DNA of 64,000 nucleotides from an uncultured Pseudomonadota bacterium (GCA_963749075.1 CAVVLJ010000016.1:1248001-1312000), one strand, 5' to 3'; numbered from the stretch's first letter, positions 20,157 to 30,512 are shown. Made by a program: numbers and translations. Notes: a model not told the origin generated them from the letters alone.

Positions 20157-21401
20157 TCAGAGTGCCGCGTAGTCGATGGGCTTGCTGCGATCGAGGTGCT
20201 TCTCGGCGTCCGGCATGGGATATTTGAGGCCGTTGCCGCAGTTGAAGAGCACGACGCGGTCGTGCTTGCCGACGCGCCCCTCCTTGAGGGCGCGGCAGTA
20301 GGCCGCATAGGTGGCGGCACCTTCGGGCGAGAGGAGAATGCCCTCCGCCTTGCCGACTTCGGCGCGCGCCTCGAGGATGACCTCGTCGGGAATCGCCATG
20401 GCGAAGCCGTTGCTCTCGCGGATGCCGCGGAGGATGAGGAAATCGCCCAGCGCCGCCGGCACGCGCAGGCCCGCCGCGATGGTCGCGGCACCCACCCACG
20501 GCTCGGCGAATTCCTGGCCGCCCTCGAAGGCGCGCACGATGGGCGCGCAGCCGGTCGACTGCACCGCGACCATGCGCGGGCGCTTGCCGTCGATCCAGCC
20601 GATCTTGCCGAGCTCGTCGAACACCTTCCACATGCCGATGAGGCCGGTGCCGCCGCCCGTCGGGTAGAAGATCGCATCGGGCAACGTCCAGTTGAGCTGC
20701 TCGGCGAGCTCGAGGCCCATCGTTTTCTTGCCCTCGATGCGGTAGGGCTCCTTGAGCGTCGAGGTATCGAACCAGCCCATCCTCTCCTTGCCTTCGGCGA
20801 CGATCTTGGCGCAGTCGTTGATGAGCCCGTTCACCTTGAAGAGCCTGGCGCCCTGCAGCACCGTCTCGCCCACGTTCGGTGCCGGTGCATCCTCCGGGCA
20901 GAAGACATAACTTTCGAGGCCGGCCCGGGTGCAATAGGCGGCGAGTGCGGCGCCCGCGTTGCCCGCCGTCGCCATCGCCATGCGCTTGATGCCGAGCTCC
21001 TTCGCCATCGAGACGGCGAGCGCCAATCCGCGCGCCTTGAAGGAGCCGGTCGGCAGGCGGCCCTCGTCCTTGATCAGGATCTCGCCGCCGCCGAGGCGGC
21101 GGGCGAGCCGCGGAATTGCCAGCAAGGGGGTGATGGTCTCGCCCAGGCTGGCGATGCTGGCGGTATGGCGCACGGGGAGGAACTCGCGATAGCGCCAGAA
21201 GTCGTTGCTGCGGCGCCCAAGGCCGGCGCGGCTCACGCCGCGGCTCAGCGCCTCGAGATCGTAGCGCACGAGGAGCGGCTTGCCCGCGCGCGAGAGGGTC
21301 TGCACCTGGTCCGCGGCAAAGCGCTCGCCCGTGAGGCCGCACTCGAGATGGCTCACGAAGGTCGGCCGCTCGGCGCTAAGATTGTCTTCAAGAAGGGTCA
21401 T
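20157..21401 (-). CDS. thrC: threonine synthase (PLP, fold type II)
   Basis: PTGSFKARG, EPYRIEGKKTMG, YPTGGGTG, FNCGNGLKY. Confidence 0.85.
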   Translation of the reverse strand: MTLLEDNLSAERPTFVSHLECGLTGERFAADQVQTLSRAGKPLLVRYDLEALSRGVSRAGLGRRSNDFWRYREFLPVRHTASIASLGETITPLLAIPRLARRLGGGEILIKDEGRLPTGSFKARGLALAVSMAKELGIKRMAMATAGNAGAALAAYCTRAGLESYVFCPEDAPAPNVGETVLQGARLFKVNGLINDCAKIVAEGKERMGWFDTSTLKEPYRIEGKKTMGLELAEQLNWTLPDAIFYPTGGGTGLIGMWKVFDELGKIGWIDGKRPRMVAVQSTGCAPIVRAFEGGQEFAEPWVGAATIAAGLRVPAALGDFLILRGIRESNGFAMAIPDEVILEARAEVGKAEGILLSPEGAATYAAYCRALKEGRVGKHDRVVLFNCGNGLKYPMPDAEKHLDRSKPIDYAAL

Positions 21402-21593
21402 CGGGGAGTCCTCTGGGGCGCGGCGGGCGCTCGCGCATCGCCGGGCCGGCGCGGCAAGCTCGCTCGACGCTCCAATAGAACGGTCCCGCGGCAAGGTCCA
21501 GCCCGGATTTTGCGTTCGCCCCCTGCCCGACTCGGGTTAAAGTGGGCCGCGGGGACGGCTCTACACGAACCTTCAGAGAGAAGGGCGATAAAC

Positions 21594-22454
21594 ATGAAAA
21601 CCATTCTCCTGCCTCTCGAGGAGAGCGACGCACTGCCCTCCATCCTGCGGACGGCCCTGCTCGCCGCCACGGCCTTCGGGAGCTACATGGAGGGGTTCCA
21701 CGTCCGGCCGGGGCTCACCGGCGTGGTGGCCGCCGGCGCCGAGGGGCTGGTGGCGGCGACGCCCGGCCTCATCGAGAGCTTCGAGCGCGAGGATCAGGCG
21801 CGCGCGGTGCGCGTGCGCGCGGCGTTCGAGGCCTTTATGCGCGAGAACGGCGTCGAGCACAGCACGGCGCCCGTCCCTTTGGCGGCGCCCTCGGTCGGCT
21901 GGTACGACGAGGCCGGCCAGGGCGAGGCGGCGATCGGCAGCCGCGGCCGCGTCTTCGATCTCATCGTGGTGGGCCGCCCGGTCCGCGGCGGCTCGAGCGC
22001 TGCCATGAGCACCCTCGAGACGGCACTCTTCGAGAGCGGCCGGCCGCTCCTCATCGCACCGCCGGCACCTCCCTCGAGCCTCGGCGGCCGGATCATCATC
22101 GCATGGAACTGCTCGTCCGAGACGGCGTGCACCACGGCACTCGCCATGCCCTTCCTCATGCGCGCCAAGGACGTGCTCGTGCTCCAGGTCGAGGGCGGCA
22201 CGGTGCCGGGACCGAGCGCCCAGGAGGCGGCGCGGCAGCTGCGGCGGAACGGCATCCCGGCAGACGCCAAGCTGGTGCCCGCGCAAGCGCGGCGCAGCGC
22301 CGGCGAGACCATCCTCGCCGAGGCGGCCGCCTGGAACGCCGACCTCCTCGTCAAGGGCGCCTATACCCAGAGCCGCCTGCGCCAGATGATCTTCGGCGGC
22401 ATGACGAGCCACATCCTGGCCGAGGCGACGCTGCCGGTCTTCATGGCCCATTGA
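21594..22454 (+). CDS. universal stress protein
   Basis: MKTILLP, DLIVVGR, ESGRP, AWN, GAYTQSRLRQMIFGG, PVFMAH. Confidence 0.92.
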   Translation: MKTILLPLEESDALPSILRTALLAATAFGSYMEGFHVRPGLTGVVAAGAEGLVAATPGLIESFEREDQARAVRVRAAFEAFMRENGVEHSTAPVPLAAPSVGWYDEAGQGEAAIGSRGRVFDLIVVGRPVRGGSSAAMSTLETALFESGRPLLIAPPAPPSSLGGRIIIAWNCSSETACTTALAMPFLMRAKDVLVLQVEGGTVPGPSAQEAARQLRRNGIPADAKLVPAQARRSAGETILAEAAAWNADLLVKGAYTQSRLRQMIFGGMTSHILAEATLPVFMAH

Positions 22455-22478
22455 GGGCGCGGTCTTGGCGGACGGGCG

Positions 22479-23556
22479 TCAGGCGCCCGGCGGATGCTCG
22501 GCGGACCCATCCGCCGAGGGCCAGATCTTGCGGTAGGTCGAGAGCAGCGCCTCGCCACAGCGCGTCTTGCCTGCGGGATCGATCGTGCTGTGGCAGCGCG
22601 GCGTTGCGCGGTGGACCTCGGAACGGATGGCCGGGACGATGACCGCCTCGAAATCGGGATTGACGAAAAACGGCACCGAGTAGCGCTCGCGGCCCGAGCG
22701 GTTGATCACGCGATGGGACGTTCGAGCTGAAGCGCCCGTCGGTCCAAACCTTCATCATCTCGCCGATGTTCACCACGAAGCTCCCGGCGCGCGGCGGCAC
22801 CGCGATCCATTCCTCCTCCCGGTTCATCACCTCGAGGCCGCCGGTGTCGTCCTGGGCGAGGATGGTGAAGGCGCCGGTGTCGCTGTGCGCGCGCACGCCC
22901 AAGTGCCGCGCATGCAGCGCCGGATCCGGCGGCGGATAGCGGAGGAGCCGGAGCTGCATGAGCGGCTTGCGGTAGAACTGCAGGAAGAACTCCTCCTCGA
23001 GCCCCAGGCCGAGTGCGAAGAGGCGCAGCATCGCACAGCCGAGTGCGGCGAGTGCTCCGTGGTAGCGCAGTATCTCGAGGCGCAGCTCCGGCAGCGCCGG
23101 CGGCCACAGGTTCGGTCCGTGAAGCGGCTTTCCCGCCAGCACGTCCGGGTCGTCGGCGGCCAGCTCGGCATAGATCTGGAAGCCCTCGTGCAGGTTCTCG
23201 TATTCCGGCTGCTTCACGCTGCCCTTGGCGCCGAGCGGCAGGTAGCCGCGGAAATGGCGCGAGCCGGCGAATGACACGCGCATCTTCTCGGCGAGGGGAA
23301 GGGCGAAGAACCGCCGTGCCATCGCGAAGATGCCGTCGATCGAGCCGGGCTCCACGCGATGGCCGGCGATGTAGAGGAAGCCGACCCTCTCGCAGGCCTC
23401 GACGATCTCCTCGGCCAGGCGGCGGCGAGCCGCCGCGGTGCCCTGCCAGGCCGCGGAGAGGTCGACGACGGGGACTTCCCTGAAGGACGCAAGCCTCGCC
23501 GACGGAAGGGCCACGATGTGCCTCGCGGAAGCCGGAAAACCGCCGGCATCAAGCAC
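22479..23556 (-). CDS. 2OG-Fe(II) oxygenase, isopenicillin N synthase family; apparent +1 frameshift at ~22721
   Basis: VPVVDLS, GFLYIAGH, HSD, NIGE; removing one base restores STSHRVINRSGRERYSVPFF; start uncertain. Confidence 0.82.
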
Positions 23557-23724
23557 TACACAGGCCTCTCTTTCGGGTCAAGCCAGCCAAAAGCTGGCGC
23601 GGGCGGCGGCGCCTGCGCGGCGCTCCGGCGTGCCGCTTTCGTAACATTTTTTTATCATTTGCCGCGTAGCCTTAAGGAGTTGGCGTGTGCGGTTGTGGCC
23701 GGCACCCCTGAGAGGACGAGAGCG

Positions 23725-24291
23725 ATGCAGCATCGGGAACGCGAGTACGCGCCATCGATCCGGGACGCGCATCCGGCCAAGTCCGCGGCAGAGGCGAAGC
23801 AGATCGTCGGGATTGCCGGCCCCGGGCGCTTCACTTTCGACACGGAGCGCAACCTCATCGTCTGGCGCGGCTTGGCCATCGAGCTTTCCGCCCAGGAGAC
23901 GCACATCCTCCGGATTCTCTTCAATAACCGCGGCCAGACCACGACCACGAAGGCGCTCATCGAGGGCCTGCCGGGTGCGGCGGCGTCCGCTGTGGCGGCG
24001 GCGGCGATCCGTGCCGCGATCGCCTCGCTGCGGCGCAAGCTCGCGGGCACCGGCATCGAGATCAAGCCGCTGCAGAAGTTCGGCTACGAGATCATCGCCT
24101 TCAAGGTGCCCGAGCTCAATCGACGGTTGAGCGACCGGATTCTCCTGGCCATGAGCCAGGCCGTGGACACCGGCAACAAGGAGGTCGCCGAGCAGCTCCA
24201 CGTCGCCCTGGAGCTCGCCAAGGAGAGCGAGCAGCTGTGGCTCGAGCGGCACAGGGCCAAGGAGAAGCGCGCGATTCCCCAAGGGCGCTAG
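23725..24291 (+). CDS. OmpR/PhoB-type winged-helix DNA-binding protein lacking a receiver domain
   Basis: IELSAQETHILRILF...IASLRRKLAGTGIEIKPLQKFGY; extra helical C-terminus. Confidence 0.7.
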   Translation: MQHREREYAPSIRDAHPAKSAAEAKQIVGIAGPGRFTFDTERNLIVWRGLAIELSAQETHILRILFNNRGQTTTTKALIEGLPGAAASAVAAAAIRAAIASLRRKLAGTGIEIKPLQKFGYEIIAFKVPELNRRLSDRILLAMSQAVDTGNKEVAEQLHVALELAKESEQLWLERHRAKEKRAIPQGR

Positions 24292-24344
24292 GCCCGGACC
24301 GTCCGCCGCGCTGCCGCGGAGCGCCTCTCCCGCGCGAGGCTGCT

Positions 24345-25244
24345 CTAAGCCGGATGGCCACGCGCCGCAGCCGTCTCCGCCTGCACCTTCGCCAGCCCCG
24401 CCGCGAGTGCGGTATAGCGGAAATCGGGAAAGGCCTTGCGGCAGAGCGAAATGTCGAAGGGACGATAGCCGTTGTGCGGCATCGGGCCCTGGCGCGGCAG
24501 CCCGCGTACCGGCGCCGGCGGACGCACCATGGCGGCGATGCGCTCGGCGATCTCGCGGAAGGAGTGCACCTCGCCGCTCGCGATGTTGAGCACGCCCCGG
24601 CTGCGCCGCGCGATGACGCGCGCCACGAGCTCGGCCGCGTCGTCGATCAGCACGTGGTCGCGGCGCTCCTCGCCCTCGCCGAAGAGCAGTATCTCCTCGC
24701 CCGCCGCGGCCTGGCGGCGGAAGCGGTTGGGACCATAGCCGTTGTGCGGATCGCCGGCGCCATAAAGGAGGCTCGGGCGGAGGATGGCGAGCGGCGCCTT
24801 GACGACGTCCTTGAGCATCAGCTCGCGCGCCAGATGCATGGCGCCATGGAGCGAGCCCGGCTCCGCGCAGGAGGCCTCGCTCAGCGGCTCGGCCGAGTCG
24901 CGATAGACCGCATCCGAGCTCACGTAGACGACGTGGGCGACCGCCGCCTTCGCGAGCGCCGCCGCGACGGCTTCCATCATGCGGACGTTCTCGACGAGCA
25001 TCGCCGCGTTCTTGCAAGGTGCCTGCGCCGAGACGACGAGGAGCGCATCCGCGGGCCTCAGGCGGGCAGCGAGCTCGGCGCCCGCACCGGCGCCCAAAAG
25101 ATCCAGCGCGCCGCGGCCGAGCGCCTCGACGGCGAAGCCGCGGGCGGCGAGGAGCCGGGCGCTCGCCCCGCCCACGAAGCCGCCCGCTCCCAGCACGACG
25201 ACGCGGCCGCCTGCCGCCGTGCCCGCCGAGGTGTGCTCGAGCAT
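24345..25244 (-). CDS. NAD-dependent epimerase/dehydratase family protein
   Basis: GAGGFVG, SSDAVY, RDHVLIDD, NIASG. Confidence 0.88.
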   Translation of the reverse strand: MLEHTSAGTAAGGRVVVLGAGGFVGGASARLLAARGFAVEALGRGALDLLGAGAGAELAARLRPADALLVVSAQAPCKNAAMLVENVRMMEAVAAALAKAAVAHVVYVSSDAVYRDSAEPLSEASCAEPGSLHGAMHLARELMLKDVVKAPLAILRPSLLYGAGDPHNGYGPNRFRRQAAAGEEILLFGEGEERRDHVLIDDAAELVARVIARRSRGVLNIASGEVHSFREIAERIAAMVRPPAPVRGLPRQGPMPHNGYRPFDISLCRKAFPDFRYTALAAGLAKVQAETAAARGHPA

Positions 25245-25259
25245 CGCCGCGCGTACCCC

Positions 25260-25880
25260 TCAGGCCGCCACCTTGAACGCCCGCACCACGGTCGGCCGCG
25301 CCGCCAGCGATGCGGCCCAGCGCTTCACGTTGGCGAGCCCTTCCGCCTTGTCGACCATCGCCTGGCGGCCGGCAATGATCGGATAGAGCGCCACGTCCGC
25401 GACGCTGAGCTCGCCGCCCGCGAGATAGGGCGCCTCGCCGAGGCGGCGCTCGACGACGCGGCAGAAATCCATGAAGCGGGTCTCGAAGAAGCTCGTCACG
25501 GAGGCCACCTTCTCCGGGAAGACCGCGGTCGAGAGAAAGATGGCGCCGCTCGCCGGCCCGATGTCGGTGACCGCGAACATCAGCCACTGATGGGCGAGGG
25601 CGCGGGCCGCCGCGTCCTTCGGCAGCAGCTTTCCGGTCTTCTCGGCGAGATAGAGGAGGATGGCGGCCGACTGCTTGAGCACGAACGGCTTGCCGCCCGG
25701 CCCCTCGGGATCGACGATCACCGGGATCGTGCCTTGCGGGTTGAGCTTGAGGAAATCGGCGGGCTTGTTGGCGCCGGGCCCGAGCTCGATCTTGTGCGGC
25801 GCATAGGCGAGCCCGCATTCCTCGAGCATGAGCGTGGCGCGGCGGCCGTTGCCCGTGGTGGCAGTATAGAGTTCGATCAT
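25260..25880 (-). CDS. glutathione S-transferase family protein
   Basis: MIELYT, FLKLNPQGTIPVIVD, QSAAILLYLAEK, YLAG.ELSVAD. Confidence 0.92.
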   Translation of the reverse strand: MIELYTATTGNGRRATLMLEECGLAYAPHKIELGPGANKPADFLKLNPQGTIPVIVDPEGPGGKPFVLKQSAAILLYLAEKTGKLLPKDAAARALAHQWLMFAVTDIGPASGAIFLSTAVFPEKVASVTSFFETRFMDFCRVVERRLGEAPYLAGGELSVADVALYPIIAGRQAMVDKAEGLANVKRWAASLAARPTVVRAFKVAA

Positions 25881-26058
25881 GGGACATTTCTCCTGCGCGT
25901 CGTTGGAAAGGGCGGCGCATTCGACCACCTCCGCCCCGTCCTTGTCGACCGCATTCGCCGGCTGGCCCTCCGGCGCTGGATTATTCCTGCCCTGCGCGGT
26001 ACTCTCGACCGTAGGGCTCGGCGCCTGCCGGGCCGGAGGGGCGTGACAGGAGAGGGAC

Positions 26059-26493
26059 TTGAGCCTGGTGTCGTGCGGCGCACGGCAGGGGCTTGCGGAG
26101 AGGGCCGCCGCCTGGCGGCACGATGTCGGCTGGCTTTCCGTGCTGGCCTTCCTCCTCCAGATCCTGCTCACGACCGCGAGCTTCCACATCGATGCCGCGA
26201 CGGGATGGAGCGGCCCGTCGATCCCCCTCTGCCTCGCCCACGGCGTCGCGGCGGATGACGGCGGCCAGCCCCTTCCCTCGGGCTCGCCTCTCCATCCTGC
26301 ACCCCTCCAGCATCCGGATTGCCCGATCTGCCAGACGGCGGCGGCGGTGTCGGCCTCCTTGGCGCCCGCCACCGTCGAGGTCGTGCCGCTGCCGCCCGCC
26401 GGCGCAAGTCCGCCGCCCGCCGCTTTCGTCGAGGCACCGCGGCCCCCACTCTCCAGCCAGGTTCAGCCGAGAGCACCCCCCAACCGCGCCTGA
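26059..26493 (+). CDS. DUF2946-family protein (CutF/CruR-like leader of copper operon)
   Basis: N-terminal hydrophobic segment, PLC, HPDCPIC, Pro-rich linker, C-terminal PRAPP; start uncertain. Confidence 0.8.
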   Translation: MSLVSCGARQGLAERAAAWRHDVGWLSVLAFLLQILLTTASFHIDAATGWSGPSIPLCLAHGVAADDGGQPLPSGSPLHPAPLQHPDCPICQTAAAVSASLAPATVEVVPLPPAGASPPPAAFVEAPRPPLSSQVQPRAPPNRA

Positions 26494-26610
26494 GGCCGGC
26501 GGGCCGGCCTTGCGGCGGGTCCGTCGACGGTTAGGCAAGCGCTCTCGCCCGCGGCGGCAGGACGTGCTTCGGCACCGCCGCCGTGCCAACCCTGGCTCGG
26601 AGACCGACCA

Positions 26611-27552
26611 ATGACCTCGAGAAAGAAAGCGCGACAGTCCCGCCGCGCGCTCCCAATGCCCGGCGGACTTGCGGTCCTCGCGGCATCGCTGGCACCGTTC
26701 GGCATGAACAGCAGCCCTGCCATGGCACACGGCATTGCCGGCGACCGCGTCTTTCCCGCCACCATCCTCATCGACGATCCTGCGGTGGGCGACGAGCTCT
26801 CCTTCCCCACCATCTCGACCATTCACAACAGCGCCAACGCGAGCGGAGCCGGCTCGCGCCAGCTCGACTTCGGCGCGGAGTGGGACAAGACGATCACCGA
26901 GGACCTCGGTGTCGCCTTCAATTTCGACTATACCGTCCTGCATTTCGACAGCGGCGGCAGCATTAAGGGCTGGCAGAATCCGGAGTTCACCTTGAAATAC
27001 CATTTCTACACCAACGCCGAGCACGAATTCATGACGTCGGTCGGCGTCGTGCGGGACTTCGGCGGCACCGGCTCGTCCGCGGTCGACGATCCCGTCGGCT
27101 CAACCACGCCCACGCTCTATTTCGGCAAGGGCATGGGCGACCTGCCGATCGGAGCGCTCCGCGCCTTCGCCATCACGGGCGAGGCGCAGTACCAGGTTTC
27201 AGACTGGCCCAGTGCCGAGGGCAACCAATGGATTCTCGGGGGCTCGCTGCAATATTCCATTCCCTACCTGCAGCAGCATGTGAAGGACATGGGCCTGCCG
27301 CTCTTCATCGGCCGGATGATCCCGCTCGTGGAAGTATCGATGAACGTGCCCTCGGGCGGTGGAGGCGGCCCGGTCACTGGAACGATCTCGCCGGGCATCC
27401 TCTATGAGGGAGACGCCTGGCAGTTCGGCGTCGAGGCCCTGATCCCCGCGACCAAGGCCACCAACACCGGCATCGGGTTCATCTGGCAGTTGCACCTCTA
27501 CCTCGACGACCTGTTCCCCAACTCCCTCGGCAAACCCATTTTCGGGAAATGA
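26611..27552 (+). CDS. putative outer-membrane beta-barrel protein, copper-uptake associated
   Basis: Signal peptide ending AMA then HGIAGDRVFPAT; amphipathic aromatic strands; stop overlaps an in-frame copC ATG. Confidence 0.7.
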   Translation: MTSRKKARQSRRALPMPGGLAVLAASLAPFGMNSSPAMAHGIAGDRVFPATILIDDPAVGDELSFPTISTIHNSANASGAGSRQLDFGAEWDKTITEDLGVAFNFDYTVLHFDSGGSIKGWQNPEFTLKYHFYTNAEHEFMTSVGVVRDFGGTGSSAVDDPVGSTTPTLYFGKGMGDLPIGALRAFAITGEAQYQVSDWPSAEGNQWILGGSLQYSIPYLQQHVKDMGLPLFIGRMIPLVEVSMNVPSGGGGGPVTGTISPGILYEGDAWQFGVEALIPATKATNTGIGFIWQLHLYLDDLFPNSLGKPIFGK

Positions 27553-27554
27553 CC

Positions 27555-27920
27555 ATGGCGCAGAAATACCTCTTGCCGCTCGCCGTCGCCGCATTCATCG
27601 CGAGTGCGGCGGCGGCATTCGCCCATGCCTTCCTCGATCACGCCAGCCCGGCCGTGGGCAGCACCACCCACGGCTCGCCGCCGGAGCTCAAGCTGTGGTT
27701 CACCCAGGCGCTCGAGCCGGCCTTCAGCACGATCGAGGTCGTGGATCAGGCCGGCAAGCGGGTCGACAAGGGAGGTGCAACGGTGGATGCGCAGGACCGC
27801 AAGCTGCTCAAGCTCTCCCTGCCGCCGCTGTCGCCCGGCACCTACAAGGTGACGTGGCGCGTCACCTCGGTCGACACCCATGTGACCAATGGCAGCTTCA
27901 CCATCACGGTGGCGCCGTGA
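27555..27920 (+). CDS. copC: copper resistance/uptake protein CopC
   Basis: Signal AFA|HAFLDHASPA, GTYKVTWRVTSVDTH; no Met-rich Cu(I) site (alternative ATG 27549). Confidence 0.92.
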   Translation: MAQKYLLPLAVAAFIASAAAAFAHAFLDHASPAVGSTTHGSPPELKLWFTQALEPAFSTIEVVDQAGKRVDKGGATVDAQDRKLLKLSLPPLSPGTYKVTWRVTSVDTHVTNGSFTITVAP

Positions 27921-27948
27921 GGGGTAGCGCGCGCGCCGCCGAGCGGGC

Positions 27949-29979
27949 ATGGACCCTGTCCTGACGCTCGGCGCCGCCGTCCGGGCGAGCCATTACGCGA
28001 GTGCCGTGCTGCTCTTCGGCAGCTTCGTCTTCGCGCTCGCCGTGGCCCGGCCCGCGCGCGCGGCCGTGCAGGGTACTGCCGGCGAATTCGCGGCGCTCGA
28101 CCGCGTTCTATTGCGGCTCGCCTGCATCGGCCTCGGCGTCGTCATCGCGAGCGCCCTTCTTTGGCTCTGGCTGCTCGCCGCCAGCATGAGCGGCCGCACG
28201 CTCGGAGCGGCGCTCGACCCCGCAATCCTGGCTCTCGTGCTGAGCGCCACGCGGTTCGGCACCGTATGGCTCGTCCGCATGGCCGCCGCCGCTGCCCTCG
28301 CGGCACTCCTCGGCTGGAGCTGGCGCCGCGGCGGGCGGATCGACGGCGGCCGGAGCGGCCTCCTCGCCGCGGCCCTCGCCGTCGTGATTCTCGCCGGCAT
28401 CGCCTGGGCCGGCCACGCCGCCGACGAGAGCGGGCTCGACCGGGCCATCCATCTCGGCGCCGACATGTTGCACCTCCTCGCCGCCGGGGCGTGGCTCGGA
28501 GCGCTGCCCGCGCTCGTCTTCGTGCTGCGGCGCGCGCGGCACCGCGAGGCACACGGCTGGCAGCGCATCGCGCGCGCCGCCACTCCGCGTTTCTCGAACA
28601 TCGGGGTCGCGAGCGTGACGGCGCTGCTGCTGAGCGGCCTGGTCAACGCCTGGTACCTTGTCGGAAGCATTCCCGCCCTGGTGGGCACGCCCTATGGCCA
28701 GATTCTCCTGGGCAAGCTCGCCTTGCTGACGGCGCTCATCGTCCTCGCCGCGATCAACCGGCAGAGCCTCACGCCGCGCTTCGTGGCCCGCGAGACCCCG
28801 CGCCACGCGAGGGAGCGGGCGCTCACGGCACTCGCGCGGAACGCGCTCATCGAGATCGTCCTCGGCCTTGCGGTGCTGACGCTCGTCGGCGCCCTTGTCG
28901 CGTCGACGCCGGCCGCGCACGAGCAGGTCGAATGGCCGTTCGCCTACCGCCCGGGCGTGAGCGGCCAGGCGCTCACCGCCCATGGCGAGACGATCCTCGC
29001 CCTCGCCGCCTTTCTCGGCCTCGCGGGCGCCGGAGCCATCGCGGCAGGCGTCCTCAGCCGCCTCTGGTGGCGCACGGCAACGGGGCTGATCCTCGCCGCC
29101 GCGGCGCTCGCCCTGGCCCTCCCCTATTTCGTCGTGACGGCCTATCCGACGAGCTTCTACCGCTCGCCCATCGCCTACGCCGCCGCCTCGATCGCGCGCG
29201 GCGAGACGGTCTACGAGAAGAATTGCGCGCTTTGCCACGGGCCCTACGGCTACGGCGGCGGGCCGGCGGGTGCAGCGCTCCCGGTGCGGCCGGCGGATCT
29301 CACGAGCGAGCATCTCTACCACGACCTGGGCACCCTCTTCTGGTGGATCGGCCACGGCATCGCCGGCAGCCTGATGCCCGGATTCGCGGACAAGCTCGAC
29401 GCGGACGCGCGCTGGGACGCGATCAACTTCCTCCGCGCCCAGGCCGATGCGGAGGAGGCGAGCGGGATGACGGCGAGCGTCGAGCCCTTCCGGCCGATCG
29501 CCGCACCCGACTTCGCCTTCCAGTACCCCGGCCGCGAGCAGGAGACCCTCAAGGGAGAGCGCGGCAAGGCGATCGTGCTGCTCGTCCTCTACAGCATGCC
29601 CGAGGATGGCGGGCGGCTCGAGGCGCTCGCCGCGGCCCGCCCGGCCTTCGAGCGCGACGGCGTGCGCATCATCGCACTGCCGATGACCGCCGCGGTGCCG
29701 CCGACGGCGAGTGCCGCCGCGGAAGCGGGCATCCTGGCCGACGCCAATGCGGCCGCGGTCGCCGCCTACGGGCTCTTCCGCCGCGTCGCCAGCGCCGAGG
29801 CGGTGCTGCCGATGCCGCGTCACATGGAGTTCCTCATCGACCGCGCCGGATATCTGCGCGCGCGCTGGATTCCCGGCGACGTGCCGGGTTGGCAGAGCTT
29901 GGCGCGGGTGCAGCAGGAGATCGCGGCCCTCGCGCGCGAGCCGCCCCGCGCGCCGGCGCCGGAAGGCCACGTCCATTGA
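27949..29979 (+). CDS. copD: CopD membrane protein fused to cytochrome c and a thioredoxin-like domain
   Basis: WAGHA, LHLLAAGAWLGAL, TPYGQILLGK, PAAHEQ; heme motif CALCH...MPGF; C-terminal APDF...EFLIDRAGYLRARW. Confidence 0.85.
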   Translation: MDPVLTLGAAVRASHYASAVLLFGSFVFALAVARPARAAVQGTAGEFAALDRVLLRLACIGLGVVIASALLWLWLLAASMSGRTLGAALDPAILALVLSATRFGTVWLVRMAAAAALAALLGWSWRRGGRIDGGRSGLLAAALAVVILAGIAWAGHAADESGLDRAIHLGADMLHLLAAGAWLGALPALVFVLRRARHREAHGWQRIARAATPRFSNIGVASVTALLLSGLVNAWYLVGSIPALVGTPYGQILLGKLALLTALIVLAAINRQSLTPRFVARETPRHARERALTALARNALIEIVLGLAVLTLVGALVASTPAAHEQVEWPFAYRPGVSGQALTAHGETILALAAFLGLAGAGAIAAGVLSRLWWRTATGLILAAAALALALPYFVVTAYPTSFYRSPIAYAAASIARGETVYEKNCALCHGPYGYGGGPAGAALPVRPADLTSEHLYHDLGTLFWWIGHGIAGSLMPGFADKLDADARWDAINFLRAQADAEEASGMTASVEPFRPIAAPDFAFQYPGREQETLKGERGKAIVLLVLYSMPEDGGRLEALAAARPAFERDGVRIIALPMTAAVPPTASAAAEAGILADANAAAVAAYGLFRRVASAEAVLPMPRHMEFLIDRAGYLRARWIPGDVPGWQSLARVQQEIAALAREPPRAPAPEGHVH

Positions 29980-30143
29980 GTGGGCCGCCCTCAATTCACC
30001 GTCGAGTCGTCCTCGCACCGGCCGCGCCAGCGTGCTAGCATGCGCACGGTCGCCGGTTGCGCTTGGCCGGAGGCCACTCCACATCTTTGGCGGACGGCGC
30101 GGCTTCGGCCGCGGCGCCGCAGACGGCCCGACGGATAGAGGCG

Positions 30144-30512
30144 ATGGCGATCAACCACCGGGTCAGGGGCACGGGCAGCGAGCCGGTCGAGATTTCGCCG
30201 GGCATCGGCGCGCGCGAGGCGGCGCGCGAGGCCGAACTCGAGCAGTGGGCCTGGCGGCGGGTCAAGTCGCTGCGCCTCTTCTATACCCATCTCTCGATCT
30301 TCGCGATCGTCAACATCCTTCTCCTGCTGATCGACGTCTCGACGCCGGGGGATCCGTGGTTCTATCAAGTGCTGCTGGGCTGGGGCCTCTTCGTCGGGCT
30401 GCATGCGGCCTATGCCTACGAGATGCTGCCGTGGACGAGCCGGGACTGGGAACAGCGCAAGGTTCAGGAGCTGATCGAGCAGCAGCGCGAGCGCCTGCGG
30501 CGCCGGCGATGA
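30144..30512 (+). CDS. 2TM domain-containing protein
   Basis: AWRRVK..RLFYTHL...WGLFVGLHA...DWEQRKVQELIE. Confidence 0.85.
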   Translation: MAINHRVRGTGSEPVEISPGIGAREAAREAELEQWAWRRVKSLRLFYTHLSIFAIVNILLLLIDVSTPGDPWFYQVLLGWGLFVGLHAAYAYEMLPWTSRDWEQRKVQELIEQQRERLRRRR

